Of a stretch of DNA of 64,000 bases, positions 22,450-33,404 are shown piece after piece. The stretch lies in the NCBI GenBank assembly GCA_025594325.1, contig JANHCV010000001.1, positions 5,078,961 to 5,142,960 on the forward strand. Reading direction: 5' to 3'. How positions within the stretch are numbered: position 1 is the stretch's first letter; each line of letters starts with the position of its first letter. Made by a program: the position numbers and the translations under genes. Source of the stretch: Blastocladiella emersonii ATCC 22665. Its lineage: Eukaryota > Fungi > Blastocladiomycota. Under the pieces are notes generated by a model that was not told the DNA's origin, did not search any database, and saw only the letters and a list, made by a program, of their open reading frames with translations.

Positions 22450-24720
22450 ATGTATCCGCAACCGGCTCGACTGAGCCTGCTTGCGACACTCCTCGCAATC
22501 GCCGTCCTGGCGGCGCCAGCGGCCGATGCCTCAGTCCTGACCAAACGCGGCATCGCGGTCCCCGCGTCCGCCGACCATCACGTCGTGAGCGTGCGTGCGG
22601 TCCACCCGCGGACGGGACTCGCGCTCGCGACGCTGCAGAAGCGCGATGCAGCGACTGGCCGCGACCAGTACCGCGACAAGCTCGTCGTCCAGGTCTCGGG
22701 CGGGCCCGAGCCGATTGCGCTGGATCTCGAGGTACGGTAGTGATACCGCGATGAACGAGCGAGTTCCTGACACCGTCCGATCGACCGCGTAGTTGAACCG
22801 CGAGCTTCTCGGCCCGCAGTACCAGCACATTCTTGGCGACGCGCCATCGACGACCCCACCGCCCGACAACTGCTTCTACCGCGGAACGGTGCAGGGCCGC
22901 GCCGGGTCGTTGGTTGCGGTCAGCGCGTGCGAGGGCGACCTCCACGGCCTCGTCCAGGTCGATCCAACGACGCGGTACTCGATCCACGCGCTGTCGTCCG
23001 ACGGCGACACGACTGCCGGTACGACTCGTTCTGCGGCGGGTCTCTCCAAGCGCCACGTCCTAGTGCGCGACACGGGCCGGTCCGCGACGGGCGACCCCGA
23101 GGAGCCGCGCGTCGGGCACTGTCCGCAGTCGGACCCATCGTTCCACTCGCCGCGCGGCGACAGCCATTTCGACCGGCGTCACCTCGTCCCGGCGTCGTCG
23201 CTGCACCACGCGGATCCGCCCGCGTCGTCGTTCGTGCACCGCGCGGCGCCGCTGGTGGCGCTCATCAAGCGCGAGTACGCGGCGCGCAACAACAAGACGA
23301 TCGAGCTGATGCTGGCCAACGACTACCAGCGGTACCAGGCGTTCGGCAACGACACGGAGCTGACGGCGCTCGAGCTGGTCAACGTCGCCAACGTGCTGCT
23401 CACGAACGCGACGGGGATCCTCGCCGCGCCCTACAAGATCGCCGTCACGGTCGCTGGCCAGTACACGGCCACGTCGCCCAAGTGGGTGACGGGGAGCCCG
23501 AGTACCGTGGACGTCGGGACGCTGCTGCAGGAGTTTTGCCAGTGGCGCCAGTCGCAGCTCACGGCCGTCGCCAACGTGGGCAACTTTCTCCAGCTCAACG
23601 ACGCGGGCCACCTGCTGACGAACCGCACGCTGGTGTCGTCGGGCGTCTCGGCGGCCATCGACGGGTACTCGTACGTCGGCGGGATGTGCAAGGCGTCGTC
23701 GGCGTGCGGCGTCGACTACGCGCCGCGCACCATCAACCCGGCGTACCAGGGCACGGTCCTCGCGCATGAGCTGGGCCACAACCTCGGGTCCGGCCACGAC
23801 GGCTCGAATAACGCCTGCCCGAGTACCGGCTTCATCATGCAGCCCGCGGCGTGCTCCAACTGCGCCCAGCTCGCGACCACCTTCTCCAACTGCTCCAAGA
23901 GCGCCATCGAGTCGTTCTTCAACAGCGCCGACACGACGTGCCTCGACAACTCGCCGACTCTCTGCGGGTACGCTCCCCACCCTATCCCGCCCCAGCCATC
24001 GCGCGCTCTGACACTCGCTCGACGTGTAGCAACGGCATCGTCGACCCCGGAGAGCAGTGCGACAGCGGCGACCGGGTGAACGGGAGCGCGTGCTGCACCC
24101 GTTCGTGCACGCTCCGGTCGAACGCGGCGTGCGACGACAAGAACGGCGCGTGCTGCAAGAACTGCCAGCTGCTCGCCAAGGACACGGTGTGCCGCGCGCG
24201 GACCAACGACGCAGTCCGCTCCTCGTGCGACATCGCGGACGTGTGCACGGGCACGTCGCCCGCGTGCCCGGACCTGTCCGCGGCCAACGGCGCGACGTGT
24301 TTCGCGGACGTGCCCAAGAACAGCTCCAAGGGCTTCTGCAACAACGGGTGGTGCACGTCGCGCGCCAACGCGTGCGCCGCGTACGGGTACCCGTACAGCT
24401 CCGGGTGCGACAAGCCCGCGGGGGCGCAGGCGTGCACGCTGTTCTGCGCGGGACAGGACGGGAACGGGTGCGTCAGCTTCCAGTACAACGCCGCCGGGAC
24501 CAGCGTCATTGCGCCCGATTTCGGGCCGTGCCCGCTCGACGGCGGCAAGTCCGGGTACTGTCTCGCCGGGACGTGTGTCGCGGGATCGCAGGGACAGAAC
24601 GTCAACAGCACGTCGCCGAACGCGGGCGGGTCGCTCGTGTTTGGCGGCGGGAGCGAGGCTGCGCGGTGGATGGCCATGGCCATGGCCGCGGTTCCGCTAG
24701 TCCTCGCGGCGTGGCTCTGA
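22450..24720 (+). CDS. Secreted ADAM/reprolysin (M12B) metalloprotease with disintegrin domain and hydrophobic C-terminus (two introns, near 22733-22791 and 23969-24029)
   Basis: Signal peptide; prodomain CFYRGTV; HELGHNLGSGHD plus Met-turn FIMQP; CG|NGIVDPGEQCD and CDIADVCTGTSPACP disintegrin motifs. Confidence 0.93.
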
Positions 24721-24818
24721 AGATGACGGCCGTGTTGTATGTATATTCATTGAAGGCATGTGATTGTGTGACAAATGAGGTGATTCAAACAGCATCTATA
24801 GATATTCAGCTCCCAAAA

Positions 24819-25898
24819 CTACACGGCGGCAGCCGAATCGGCCGCCTTACCACCGTCCTGCTTCTTGGCAAACTCCTCGGCGAGCCGCGTCTGCTTGCGG
24901 TTGTACAGGAACAGCGCGGGCAGGGCCACGATCCAGTACAAGAAGTAGGTGATGGTGGTGACGAGCGTCCACTCGGACCGCCAGCCGAACAGCGCGCCGA
25001 TCAGCTGGAAGAACACGTTGCCCTCCTCGCCGTCAAACTCGCGGTCCTCGATCTCGAGAATCACGATCTCGCCGCCCGTCAGCTCCTCGACCTCGTGGCA
25101 GCCGCCCATGAACAGGCCGGCCGCGATGAAGAGGAGGAGGACCAGCGACACGTGCACGAACGCCTTGAGTGCGACCGTGTGGCCGCCCTTGTACACGAGC
25201 CAGCCGATCAGGCACCCAGTGATGATACCGGTGATGGCGGGCAGGATGATGGACTTGGCCGACGCCGACGACGAGGTACCGCCGAGCAGGACGAGCGTCT
25301 CGAGGCCCTCGCGCAGCACGACCGTGAACGAGAGCAGAAACATGGGCCACTTGTTCTTCTGCATCGTGGTCATGGCCTCCTCGGCCGCGTTGCGCAGCTT
25401 CTGCTCCCACTTGAGCTGCCAGTACTCGACCTTGACCATGGTGAAGGCCATGACCGTGATCAGCGCGCACGCCAGGAACTTGAAGAAGGCCTCGAACAGG
25501 ATCTCGAACGTCTCCGTGCCCCAGATGTCGACGCGCAGCGCCTGGAACAGGATGATGAACACGATCGCGAGCGCGATCGAGACGGCGGCACCCGCCGCGG
25601 CGCCGAGGTACACCTGGCGGATCATGAGCTTGCGCAGGTCGTCGTTGCTCGCCATGATGCGGTTGATGAACGTCACCAGCACCGCAATGATGACGGCCAT
25701 CTCGAGGACCTCGCGTGACTACCGAGCGATCGACGCGGCCGTCAGCTTGTTGAGCTCGTCGCTAACGACGTCGACGCGTCGCCAACCACGTACGAAGATG
25801 AAGTAAGCCGGCACATCGAACCAGCCCAACGAGCGGAATTTGGTCTCGACTTCACTGTCAGGCACACCGAACGTGCGCGTGATGCCACTGTCTGACAT
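24819..25898 (-). CDS. FTR1: High-affinity iron permease FTR1 (intron 25719-25793)
   Basis: Two RExxE motifs (spliced FIF|SREVLE and VLREGLET); multiple TM segments; FIAAGLF and ALFGW motifs. Confidence 0.95.
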
Positions 25899-26470
25899 GG
25901 TTGATGGTCGAGAGTAGTGTGAAGGAGGGTGAGGATGAGGATGAGCGGAAGACGACCAGAACGACGACGGGACGCGGGGCACTGCTTCACTTTGTAGAAA
26001 CCCTGGACTCGAGCGAGGACGGCGAACAACTCGACGAAAATGCCGCTATCGCAGTTGACTCGTCACGTACACCCGCATGACGTCGGCAGGCGCAAGCGAG
26101 GCGAAGATTATATCTGATGGCAGGCGGCGAAACGTTGCTGGTCCCTTGTGTGAACGGAGGTGTCCACGCCAGCAGTTCTTGCCGGGCACATGGCCTCGAT
26201 CCAAAGCGAGGCGCCGCCACCGCACACGAGTGCCAAGCATCGCGAGTGATCCGGGCGGCGCCACCCACGGTAAATCATGCAGACTTGATTGATCGATAAA
26301 GAGCAGAAACACAACGAGGGACTTTTCAGCTGCCTCCCGATCCTCGTCGTTGTCTTCTCGATTGGGAGCACTCGCCATCCTCTCCAAGGGTTCTCTCCGT
26401 GCCAGGGTTTGATAAAACAGCGGCGACCCCCGTCGTCGCGACCTCGACGCTGCCTCGAACATCTTTCACC

Positions 26471-27817
26471 ATGGCGCGGACACAAGTCTTCCTCTTCGCC
26501 GCCCTGCTCGCGGTGCTGCTGCAGTCGGTGTCCCCGGTCGCCGCGGCCGAGGCCGAGTCGACGCCGAACCCGTGCCCGCGCAACGACAAGTGCGCCATCT
26601 GGACCTACTACGTGGCCGCCGAGGAGGTCGAGTGGGACTACGCTCCCTCGGGCAAGGACGGGTTCTCGGGCGACTCGCTGACGACGGCCGGGTCCGACCC
26701 CGCCGTGTTCGCGGCGCAGGCCGAGGGCCGCATCGGCAAAAAGTACCTCAAGGCCGTGTACAAGCAGTATACGGACGACAAGTTCGAGAAGCAGGTCGCG
26801 CGGCGCGCCGAGGACGAGCACCTCGGCATCATGGGCCCCGTGCTGCGCGCCGAGGTCAACCAGGTGATCCGCGTCGTGTTCAAGAACAAGGCCAAGACGA
26901 ACCCGTACTCGATCCACCCGCACGGCGTCTTCTACGACAAGGACAACGAGGGCGCCGGCATGGGCCCCGACGCGGGCGCGGGCGCCTCGGTCGACCCCGG
27001 CAAGACGTTCACGTACACGTGGCCCGTGCCCAACCGCGCCGGTCCCGGCCCGAACGACGGCAGCGCCATGGTGTGGGCGTACCACTCGCACGTCATGGAG
27101 TCGGACATTTACGACGGCCTGTACGGCGCGCTCGTGGTCTACGAGTCGGGCATTCTGGGTGACAACGGGCTGCCCAAGTACGACTCGAGCTCGTTCCGCG
27201 TCAAGAAGGAGTTCTTTTTGTCGTTTGTCGTCGGCAACGAGAACGAGTCGTCGTTCCTCAAGGCCAACATTGCCAAGTACGCCAAGAACACGACGTACAC
27301 GCCCGAGGAGTTTGCGGCGCTCCCCGCCACCATCAAGTCCAACACGACGGCGCTGGCCGCGCTCGACACGTCGGACGCGTTCAAGGAGTCGAACATGATG
27401 CACAACATCAACGGCTACTTCTACGGCAACCTGCCGACGCTGCAGATGGACCTGGGCGACTACGTGCGGTTCTACCTGCTCGCGTTCGGGACCGAGGTCG
27501 ACATCCACACGATCCACTGGCACGGCATCACGGTCATGTCCGAGGGCCACCGCCGCGACGTGCTCGAGGCGTTCCCGGCGACGTTCCGGTGGGCCGATGC
27601 GCACGTCGACAACCCGGGCAACTGGCTGCTGCACTGCCACGTCCACGACCACTTCAAGGCCGGCATGTACATGTCGTTCAACGTGTCCAACCCCAAGGAG
27701 GTCAAGACCCTCAACGACATGATGGCCGCCACCGCCGCGCCATCGGCGCTCGGCTCGCGCAGCATCCTCGCGGCCGCTGGCGCCGCGGCCCTCGCCGTGT
27801 TTGTGCTAATTGCTTAA
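26471..27817 (+). CDS. Two-domain ceruloplasmin/hephaestin-like multicopper oxidase, signal peptide plus GPI-type tail, 448 aa
   Basis: Ceruloplasmin-type strings YYVAAEEVEWDYAP, RIGKKYLKAVYKQYTD, HLGIMGPVLRAEV, PYSIHPHG; copper ligands HPH and YHSH (domain 1), HTIHWHG and HCHVHDHFKAGM (domain 2). Confidence 0.92.
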   Translation: MARTQVFLFAALLAVLLQSVSPVAAAEAESTPNPCPRNDKCAIWTYYVAAEEVEWDYAPSGKDGFSGDSLTTAGSDPAVFAAQAEGRIGKKYLKAVYKQYTDDKFEKQVARRAEDEHLGIMGPVLRAEVNQVIRVVFKNKAKTNPYSIHPHGVFYDKDNEGAGMGPDAGAGASVDPGKTFTYTWPVPNRAGPGPNDGSAMVWAYHSHVMESDIYDGLYGALVVYESGILGDNGLPKYDSSSFRVKKEFFLSFVVGNENESSFLKANIAKYAKNTTYTPEEFAALPATIKSNTTALAALDTSDAFKESNMMHNINGYFYGNLPTLQMDLGDYVRFYLLAFGTEVDIHTIHWHGITVMSEGHRRDVLEAFPATFRWADAHVDNPGNWLLHCHVHDHFKAGMYMSFNVSNPKEVKTLNDMMAATAAPSALGSRSILAAAGAAALAVFVLIA

Positions 27818-28155
27818 GGAGTAGCATTTGATTCTCCGATACATTTTCTTAGATGCGATCAATCCACCAATCACGTTGCAGTGCAACTTCACTGAGAGAA
27901 GCGGTCCCGGATCACACTTGAGCGCGCTATGAAGCTCAAATCATCTAGGTCGTGTCGTGTCGCTCGTGAGACTAGTCGAGCAGCCGCCCGTCCCCGTCGC
28001 GTCAAGGACCGCGATCGTCATCCACACGTGCCTGGCGCCACACGCCACGCCACGCCACGCCACATCCGCCGCAGCGAAAGCAGCGGCGGCGCCAAGTCCC
28101 TGTCCTTTCTCTCACCCCATCTCATCACGTATCATCAATCGAACGCACACACTCC

Positions 28156-30168
28156 ATGAACACTTCCGAGCCCAAGATGCGCGCACGGGCCATCAGCGTT
28201 GACGGGCCGCTGGACCACCGGCCGGGCGGCAGCAGCAGTGCGCCGAGTTCGCGCAACAGCGGTGGCGACACGGTGCTCGTCATGGCGGCGGGCGACGCGA
28301 GCAGCACGACGACGGCGTCCGATTCGCAGGCCAACCTGCTGCGCGGGTCCCCGTCCCCGTCTCCGCCCGCGACGGGCAACCTGCCGTGGAAGGACCGCCT
28401 GCACCGGCTCGTGCACGGGCCGACGCCGCCCATCGAGCTATCGCTCGGCCCGCCGTGGATGCCGCGGTTCGCCGGGTGGTTCTCCAACCTCGTCCCATCG
28501 CGGTGGCGCGGCGCGTACCTGACCTTCTACCACGTCGTGATGATCGCGTCGCTGCTAGTCTGGACGTACCTCGCCAACTACGCGGCCGTGACGTACACGG
28601 TCGATTCGCGGGGCGCGCGCGTGGCCGAGGTGCCCGCCGAGTACGGGTGCCGCGCTCAGCCGCTGCTCGCGTCCAAGTGCGGCGTGCTGGGGATCGACTG
28701 CCGGCCGTTCGCGACCCGCGCGTACACGGTGCGGTGTCCGGCAGACTGCGGGTCGGCGCGGTCGCTCAGCGCGTTCTACGTCGGTGGCGACGTCGCGTAC
28801 CTGGTCCCGCCCGTCATCGGCAACGGCGTGTACCGCGGCGACAGCTGGGCGTGCGTCGCGGGCGTGCATGCGGGCGTACTGCAGAGTGCGGCGGGCGGGT
28901 GCATGCGCGTGGTGCCGGGCGGCGAGGTCGCGGGGTTCGCGAGCGCGGAGCGCAACGGGATCACGTCGTTGGCGTTCAACGGGACGTACCCGGCATCGTT
29001 CCGCGTCGAGGCCGTCGCCGAGGGCGACCAGCAGTGGTGCGGGACGCCCGTCGGGCCAGCGACCGCGTACTTCTACGTCTTGCTGCCGTGGCTGCTGCTC
29101 GGCCACCCGAGCGCGGGCCACTGGGTCGTAGCGACGGCGTGCTACGTTTTCTACTTCGTGATCTTCCTCGGCGTCGACGCGCAGCGCAGCGACGATTTCA
29201 TCACAAGCGCGGTCGCGCAGCTGACCCCGTACGTGGCCGTGACGCTGGTGCTCGTGCGGCTCGTGTTCGCGCGGATCCTGCCGCGCCCGCTCGCCGCGTA
29301 CCCGGTCGAGACCCTGGGGCTCGTCCTCGCACCCGCGCTCGCGATGTTGTTCCTCGAGGTGATCCAGGGCGCGCTGCCGCCGTTCACGCTGACATCGGCG
29401 CTGTTCGCGTCGGCGTCGCGCGCCACGCTCGGGCTCGTGCTCCTCGCCGTCTTCCTCGTCGCCGCGTCGCTCCAGGGTCTGTCCCTGTACCGCACGGGCA
29501 CGCTGGCGCGGACGGCTCTCGAGTACACGGTCGGCTCGGTCCTCCTGTTCGCGGTCCCGCCGCTCCTCAGCCTGTCGCCGCACGTGCACCACTACATGGT
29601 GGGCATGTTCCTGATGCCGGCGCTCCGGTGGACACGGACGCGCACCGCGCTGGTCTTTCTCGGCGTGCTGTGGGGTCTGTTCATGCACGGGATCGCGCGG
29701 TGGGGGTTCGACTCGCCGCTAACCACCGCGCTCGCCGCGCGGCAGGCCGTCGGGCTGCTGGCGGGCACCCCGCGGCCCGTGTGGAACGCGACGGCGACGG
29801 CGGCCACGGATGACGGCGTGTCGCTCGCGTGGTCGCTGGCGATCCCGCGCGTCGACGGTGCGGGGAAGCGGATCGGCGGGAACCTCACAGACCTGGTCGG
29901 CGCAGGCGGGGAGGAGACGGCGGCGCGCGCGGGGATCGCCGCGTACGCCGTGTTCCTCAACGACGTCGAGGTGCAGCGCACGCTGCGCGCGTCCGTGACG
30001 CTCGCGGTGGATGCGGGCGCGGCGCGCGGCGGGATGATCGCGTGGACCGACCCGATGGCGGTGCGCGTGGTGCCGCGCCGCGGGGGCGCGATGCTGGATA
30101 GCGGGCCGGTCCTGCTCGTCTGGCGCAACGGGACGACCAAGGAGCTGCCTGCGTGGAAGCCGACGTGA
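28156..30168 (+). CDS. LCCL-domain multi-pass membrane protein
   Basis: LCCL motif YRGDSWACVAGVHAGVL...GGCMRV...RNGITS...SF followed by several TM helices and PHVHHY; intronless 670-aa ORF. Confidence 0.85.
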   Translation: MNTSEPKMRARAISVDGPLDHRPGGSSSAPSSRNSGGDTVLVMAAGDASSTTTASDSQANLLRGSPSPSPPATGNLPWKDRLHRLVHGPTPPIELSLGPPWMPRFAGWFSNLVPSRWRGAYLTFYHVVMIASLLVWTYLANYAAVTYTVDSRGARVAEVPAEYGCRAQPLLASKCGVLGIDCRPFATRAYTVRCPADCGSARSLSAFYVGGDVAYLVPPVIGNGVYRGDSWACVAGVHAGVLQSAAGGCMRVVPGGEVAGFASAERNGITSLAFNGTYPASFRVEAVAEGDQQWCGTPVGPATAYFYVLLPWLLLGHPSAGHWVVATACYVFYFVIFLGVDAQRSDDFITSAVAQLTPYVAVTLVLVRLVFARILPRPLAAYPVETLGLVLAPALAMLFLEVIQGALPPFTLTSALFASASRATLGLVLLAVFLVAASLQGLSLYRTGTLARTALEYTVGSVLLFAVPPLLSLSPHVHHYMVGMFLMPALRWTRTRTALVFLGVLWGLFMHGIARWGFDSPLTTALAARQAVGLLAGTPRPVWNATATAATDDGVSLAWSLAIPRVDGAGKRIGGNLTDLVGAGGEETAARAGIAAYAVFLNDVEVQRTLRASVTLAVDAGAARGGMIAWTDPMAVRVVPRRGGAMLDSGPVLLVWRNGTTKELPAWKPT

Positions 30169-30218
30169 TGATAGCGTGTTGTATTCTTAAACCAACTGTG
30201 TACATTTCTCTTCTCAAC

Positions 30219-30769
30219 TCAAGCGGTGCGCAGAATCAGGTGCACGCCCGAATCCGTCGAGACGGGCCCGCTGAGCTCGCCGACCTGGAGGGCAAACGCC
30301 GCGTCCTCGAACGGCTTCTGCATCTTGCCGCGGGAGAAGAAGCCGAGGTCGCCGCCGGTGCGCGCCGACGAGCAGTCGGACTCGGTGCGGGCGAGCGTCG
30401 GGAGGTCGGTCTCCCCCGCAACGATGCGGGCGCGGTGGGTCTCGATCTGGGCGAGCGCCTCGTCGTAGGTCAGCGTGATGGCCTCGTTGCGCCACGACGA
30501 CGGGCGGCGCGAGTCGCGGTGCTTGACGAGCAGGTGCGACGCGCGGATCTCGCCGTCGCGCGGGGTCTGCGCGTCGCCCACGGGCCGCTCCCACTGGCTC
30601 ACGCGCGTCTCCGGGTTGTAGTAGTACAGCTTGTTCTTGGTCGTCGACATGCGCTGCTCCCACGGCGCGGGCAGGTCGGTCGGCTGGTCGGCGGACTAGA
30701 CCGCATGGAGGGCGCGACGCGTTAGCGTATGGTTGTTGCATGGTTCTTCGTTGCATTGCATACGCTCAT
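30219..30769 (-). CDS. PIN1: Peptidyl-prolyl isomerase Pin1/Ess1 (WW plus parvulin domain; 6-nt first exon ATGAGC)
   Basis: WW domain [10 protein letters not shown]...YYYN...SQWERP; [20 protein letters not shown]...MQKPFE, GVHLILR. Confidence 0.97.
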
Positions 30770-30975
30770 GGTGGGCGATTCGTGGAGACGGTGAAGGTCA
30801 AGAGAAGAGAGGGAGGACGCGACGATCGTCGTGCGAACCTTGGCCTCGCTCACCGCGTCGCTCTCAGCCTCCTCCCCCGCCGTCCCTGCCTCGGAATCCG
30901 TGGAACCCCTCGCAACTCTGGCGTATATTTACAACCCACACACGTCTCCTCTACCGCGCCTCGCCGCGTGGCATC

Positions 30976-31394
30976 CTACACCGTCCCTTCCGCATCAGTC
31001 CCTCCGCCCTCCTCCCATGCCCCCACTCCCTGATCGTACCCCTCCTCCCCCACAATCACCGCGGCCTGCCGCCTCGCCTTTGCGACCGCGCGCTCGATCA
31101 ACGCGCGCTTGGTCGCCCGCACCGCCGGCGCCGCCGTGTCGCGGTAGTGCTCGACAACGGCGACGTACAGGTCGGCGTAGTCGGTCTCGGCGAGGACCAC
31201 GCCCGAGGCCAGCGCGTGCGCGTGCGCGTACCGGTCGAGGAAGGCCAGGCCTTCGCGCGCGATGAAGCTGTCCTACATGAGGTGAAGTGATGGGAGTGGG
31301 GGGTCAGGGATGATCGGCGGGTAGGGCGGGGAAGGGAGGGGGCGGAGCGTACGATGGTCTGCTGCGCGGTCGGGAGCGGGCTGGGCGCCGTCAT
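30976..31394 (-). CDS. Small hypothetical protein (one intron near 31275-31352)
   Basis: ATG at 31394, GTACGC donor and GTAG acceptor give an open, codon-biased frame (DSFIAREGLAFLDRY...); no family recognised. Confidence 0.45.
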
Positions 31395-31643
31395 GCTTGG
31401 TGCGAGAGTGGGATGGTGCAGGTGGTGGGTTTTTTACGTAGTTGGAGCGCGAGAAGATCGCCGAAGAGAGAAGTGAAGCCATCGCGGCCGCGGCGGCGTG
31501 TCTCACCTCGCGGAGGCGCAGCAGCCTGCCGCCGACCTCGAGCGACGCGCATCACATGCCAAGTTGCGTGCTTCGAACGTGAGGGATACATTGAGACGAA
31601 CATGGCGATAACAATCAAAAACTAAGAGCTGGACCGGACCGCT

Positions 31644-33404
31644 TTAGGCCTGGTCGCACAGCTTGGTGACCTTGCCCATGGCGATGGTGACGGACTCGCA
31701 GCGGAGCGTGAACCGGCCGAGCTGCGGGTTGTTCTTGAACGTGTCGAGGACGACGGGGCGCGAGCACGCGAGCCGGGCAATGCACATGGACCCCTTCTTG
31801 ACAAACTGCGGCGGCTTCTTGGTGCGCTTGCCCGTCTTCTTGTCGACCGTGTGCAGCAGGCAGTCGAGCACCACGTCCTCGATGGCGTTGTGGATGTGCA
31901 GCACCGCCTCGTACCCGGCCGCGATGATGGTCTTGGACTCGAGGATCAGCAGCTGCGCCTCGAACGTGGTCACCGCCGTCACGGGCTTGGCCGCCGAGCA
32001 GAGGACGGCGCCGTTGACAATGTCCTCCTCTTCGATGCCCTTGAGCTTGACGTTGACGTTGTCGCCGGCCTGCGCGGCCGTCACCTCGTCCTCGTCGATC
32101 ATGACGGTGAGCACCTCGCCCTTGATGTTGTTGGGGACGACCATGACCTGCTGGCCCTTCATGATGCGGCCGGCCTCGAGCTTGCCCATGACGATGGTGC
32201 CCATGTCCTTGAACTTCTCCGAGATGGGCATGAGCAGGGGCTGGTGCGCGAGCTTGTGGTCGACGGGGATGTTGTCGAGCACCTCGAGGAGCGACGGCCC
32301 GTTGTAGTACGGGCACAGCTTGGGGTCGACGCGGTCCTTGAGGTTGGCGCCCGAGTAGCCCGACACGGGGAGGAACTCGAGGTCCGTCTTGGGGTTGTAG
32401 CCGCACGACTTGAGGTAGGGCAGGAGCTTGGACTTGCACTCGTCGTACCGCTCCTTGGACCACGCGACGGTCGGGTCGTCCATCTTGTTGATGACGACAA
32501 TGAGCTTCTTGACACCGGTCGTCTTGACGAGCATGGCGTGCTCGCGGGTCTGGCCGCCGCGCTCAAAGCCCGTCTCGAACTCGCCGCGGCGGGCCGAGAT
32601 GACGAGGACCGCGACATCGGCCTGCGACGCGCCGCCGATCATGTTGGGCACGTAGTTCTTGTGGCCGGGGGCGTCGAGGATCGTGTACTTGCGCGAGTCG
32701 GTCTCGAAGTGGGCGCGGCCGACCTCGACCGTCTTGCCCTTGGCGCGCTCCTCCTTGTTGGTGTCGAGCGCCCACGACAGGTACCACGACTCGCGGCCCG
32801 CCTCCTTGGCCTCCTTCTCGTACTTTTCCATGGTGCGCTTGTCGACCATGCCCGTCAGGAACAGAATGTGCCCGCCCATGGTCGACTTGCCCGCATCGAC
32901 GTGCCCAATGAACACGATGTTGAGGTGCTCCTTCTGCGACTGGAAGAACTCGTCGGCCAGCGCCTGCTCCTCGGCCGACAGCTCGACGACGGGCGCGGGC
33001 GACGCCGCGGGGGCCGGGGCAGCGGCGGCAGCGGCGGCCTTGGGCTCAGCCTCTACACGCAGATCACGCACGCGGTGTGAGACCACGCGATTCTCCTCGT
33101 AGTGGGAGAAACTAAGCGTACTCTTGGCGGGCGAAGCCTTGGGCTCAGCGGGCGCCGGGGTCGCGGCCTTGGGCGCCGGGCTGGGCACCTTGGCGGGGAC
33201 CGCGACGGGCGCGGGGGCGGGGGCGGCAGCGACGACGGGTGTGGGCGCGACGACGACGGGGGCCGGAGCAGCGGCAGCAGCAGCCGGGGCCGGGGCGGCA
33301 GCGGCAGCGGGAGCAGCGGGCTGCTTCATCCACGACGGGACAAAGGCGGCAGCGCCGACGTTGGGCACGAACGACGGCGCGCTGGCGTTGAGCTTCTTGG
33401 ACAT
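31644..33404 (-). CDS. SUP35: Translation termination factor eRF3 (Sup35/GSPT), one in-frame intron near 33053-33121
   Basis: GHVDAGKST, EAGRESWYLSWALD, DAPGHKNYVPNMI, NKMDD; N-terminal PAM2-like LNASAPSFVP. Confidence 0.97.
   Translation of the reverse strand: MSKKLNASAPSFVPNVGAAAFVPSWMKQPAAPAAAAAPAPAAAAAAPAPVVVAPTPVVAAAPAPAPVAVPAKVPSPAPKAATPAPAEPKASPAKSTLSFSHYEENRVVSHRVRDLRVEAEPKAAAAAAAPAPAASPAPVVELSAEEQALADEFFQSQKEHLNIVFIGHVDAGKSTMGGHILFLTGMVDKRTMEKYEKEAKEAGRESWYLSWALDTNKEERAKGKTVEVGRAHFETDSRKYTILDAPGHKNYVPNMIGGASQADVAVLVISARRGEFETGFERGGQTREHAMLVKTTGVKKLIVVINKMDDPTVAWSKERYDECKSKLLPYLKSCGYNPKTDLEFLPVSGYSGANLKDRVDPKLCPYYNGPSLLEVLDNIPVDHKLAHQPLLMPISEKFKDMGTIVMGKLEAGRIMKGQQVMVVPNNIKGEVLTVMIDEDEVTAAQAGDNVNVKLKGIEEEDIVNGAVLCSAAKPVTAVTTFEAQLLILESKTIIAAGYEAVLHIHNAIEDVVLDCLLHTVDKKTGKRTKKPPQFVKKGSMCIARLACSRPVVLDTFKNNPQLGRFTLRCESVTIAMGKVTKLCDQA

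Noticed and set aside
26471-27817. Oxidase as ordinary Fet3 or laccase
   Set aside because: Only two cupredoxin domains, ceruloplasmin-type sequence strings, and a GPI-like tail instead of a TM helix with cytoplasmic tail.
30168-30219. Very short gaps between convergent genes (also 447/499, 24720/24819, 37314/37400)
   Set aside because: A recurring feature across this compact window rather than a locus-specific signal.
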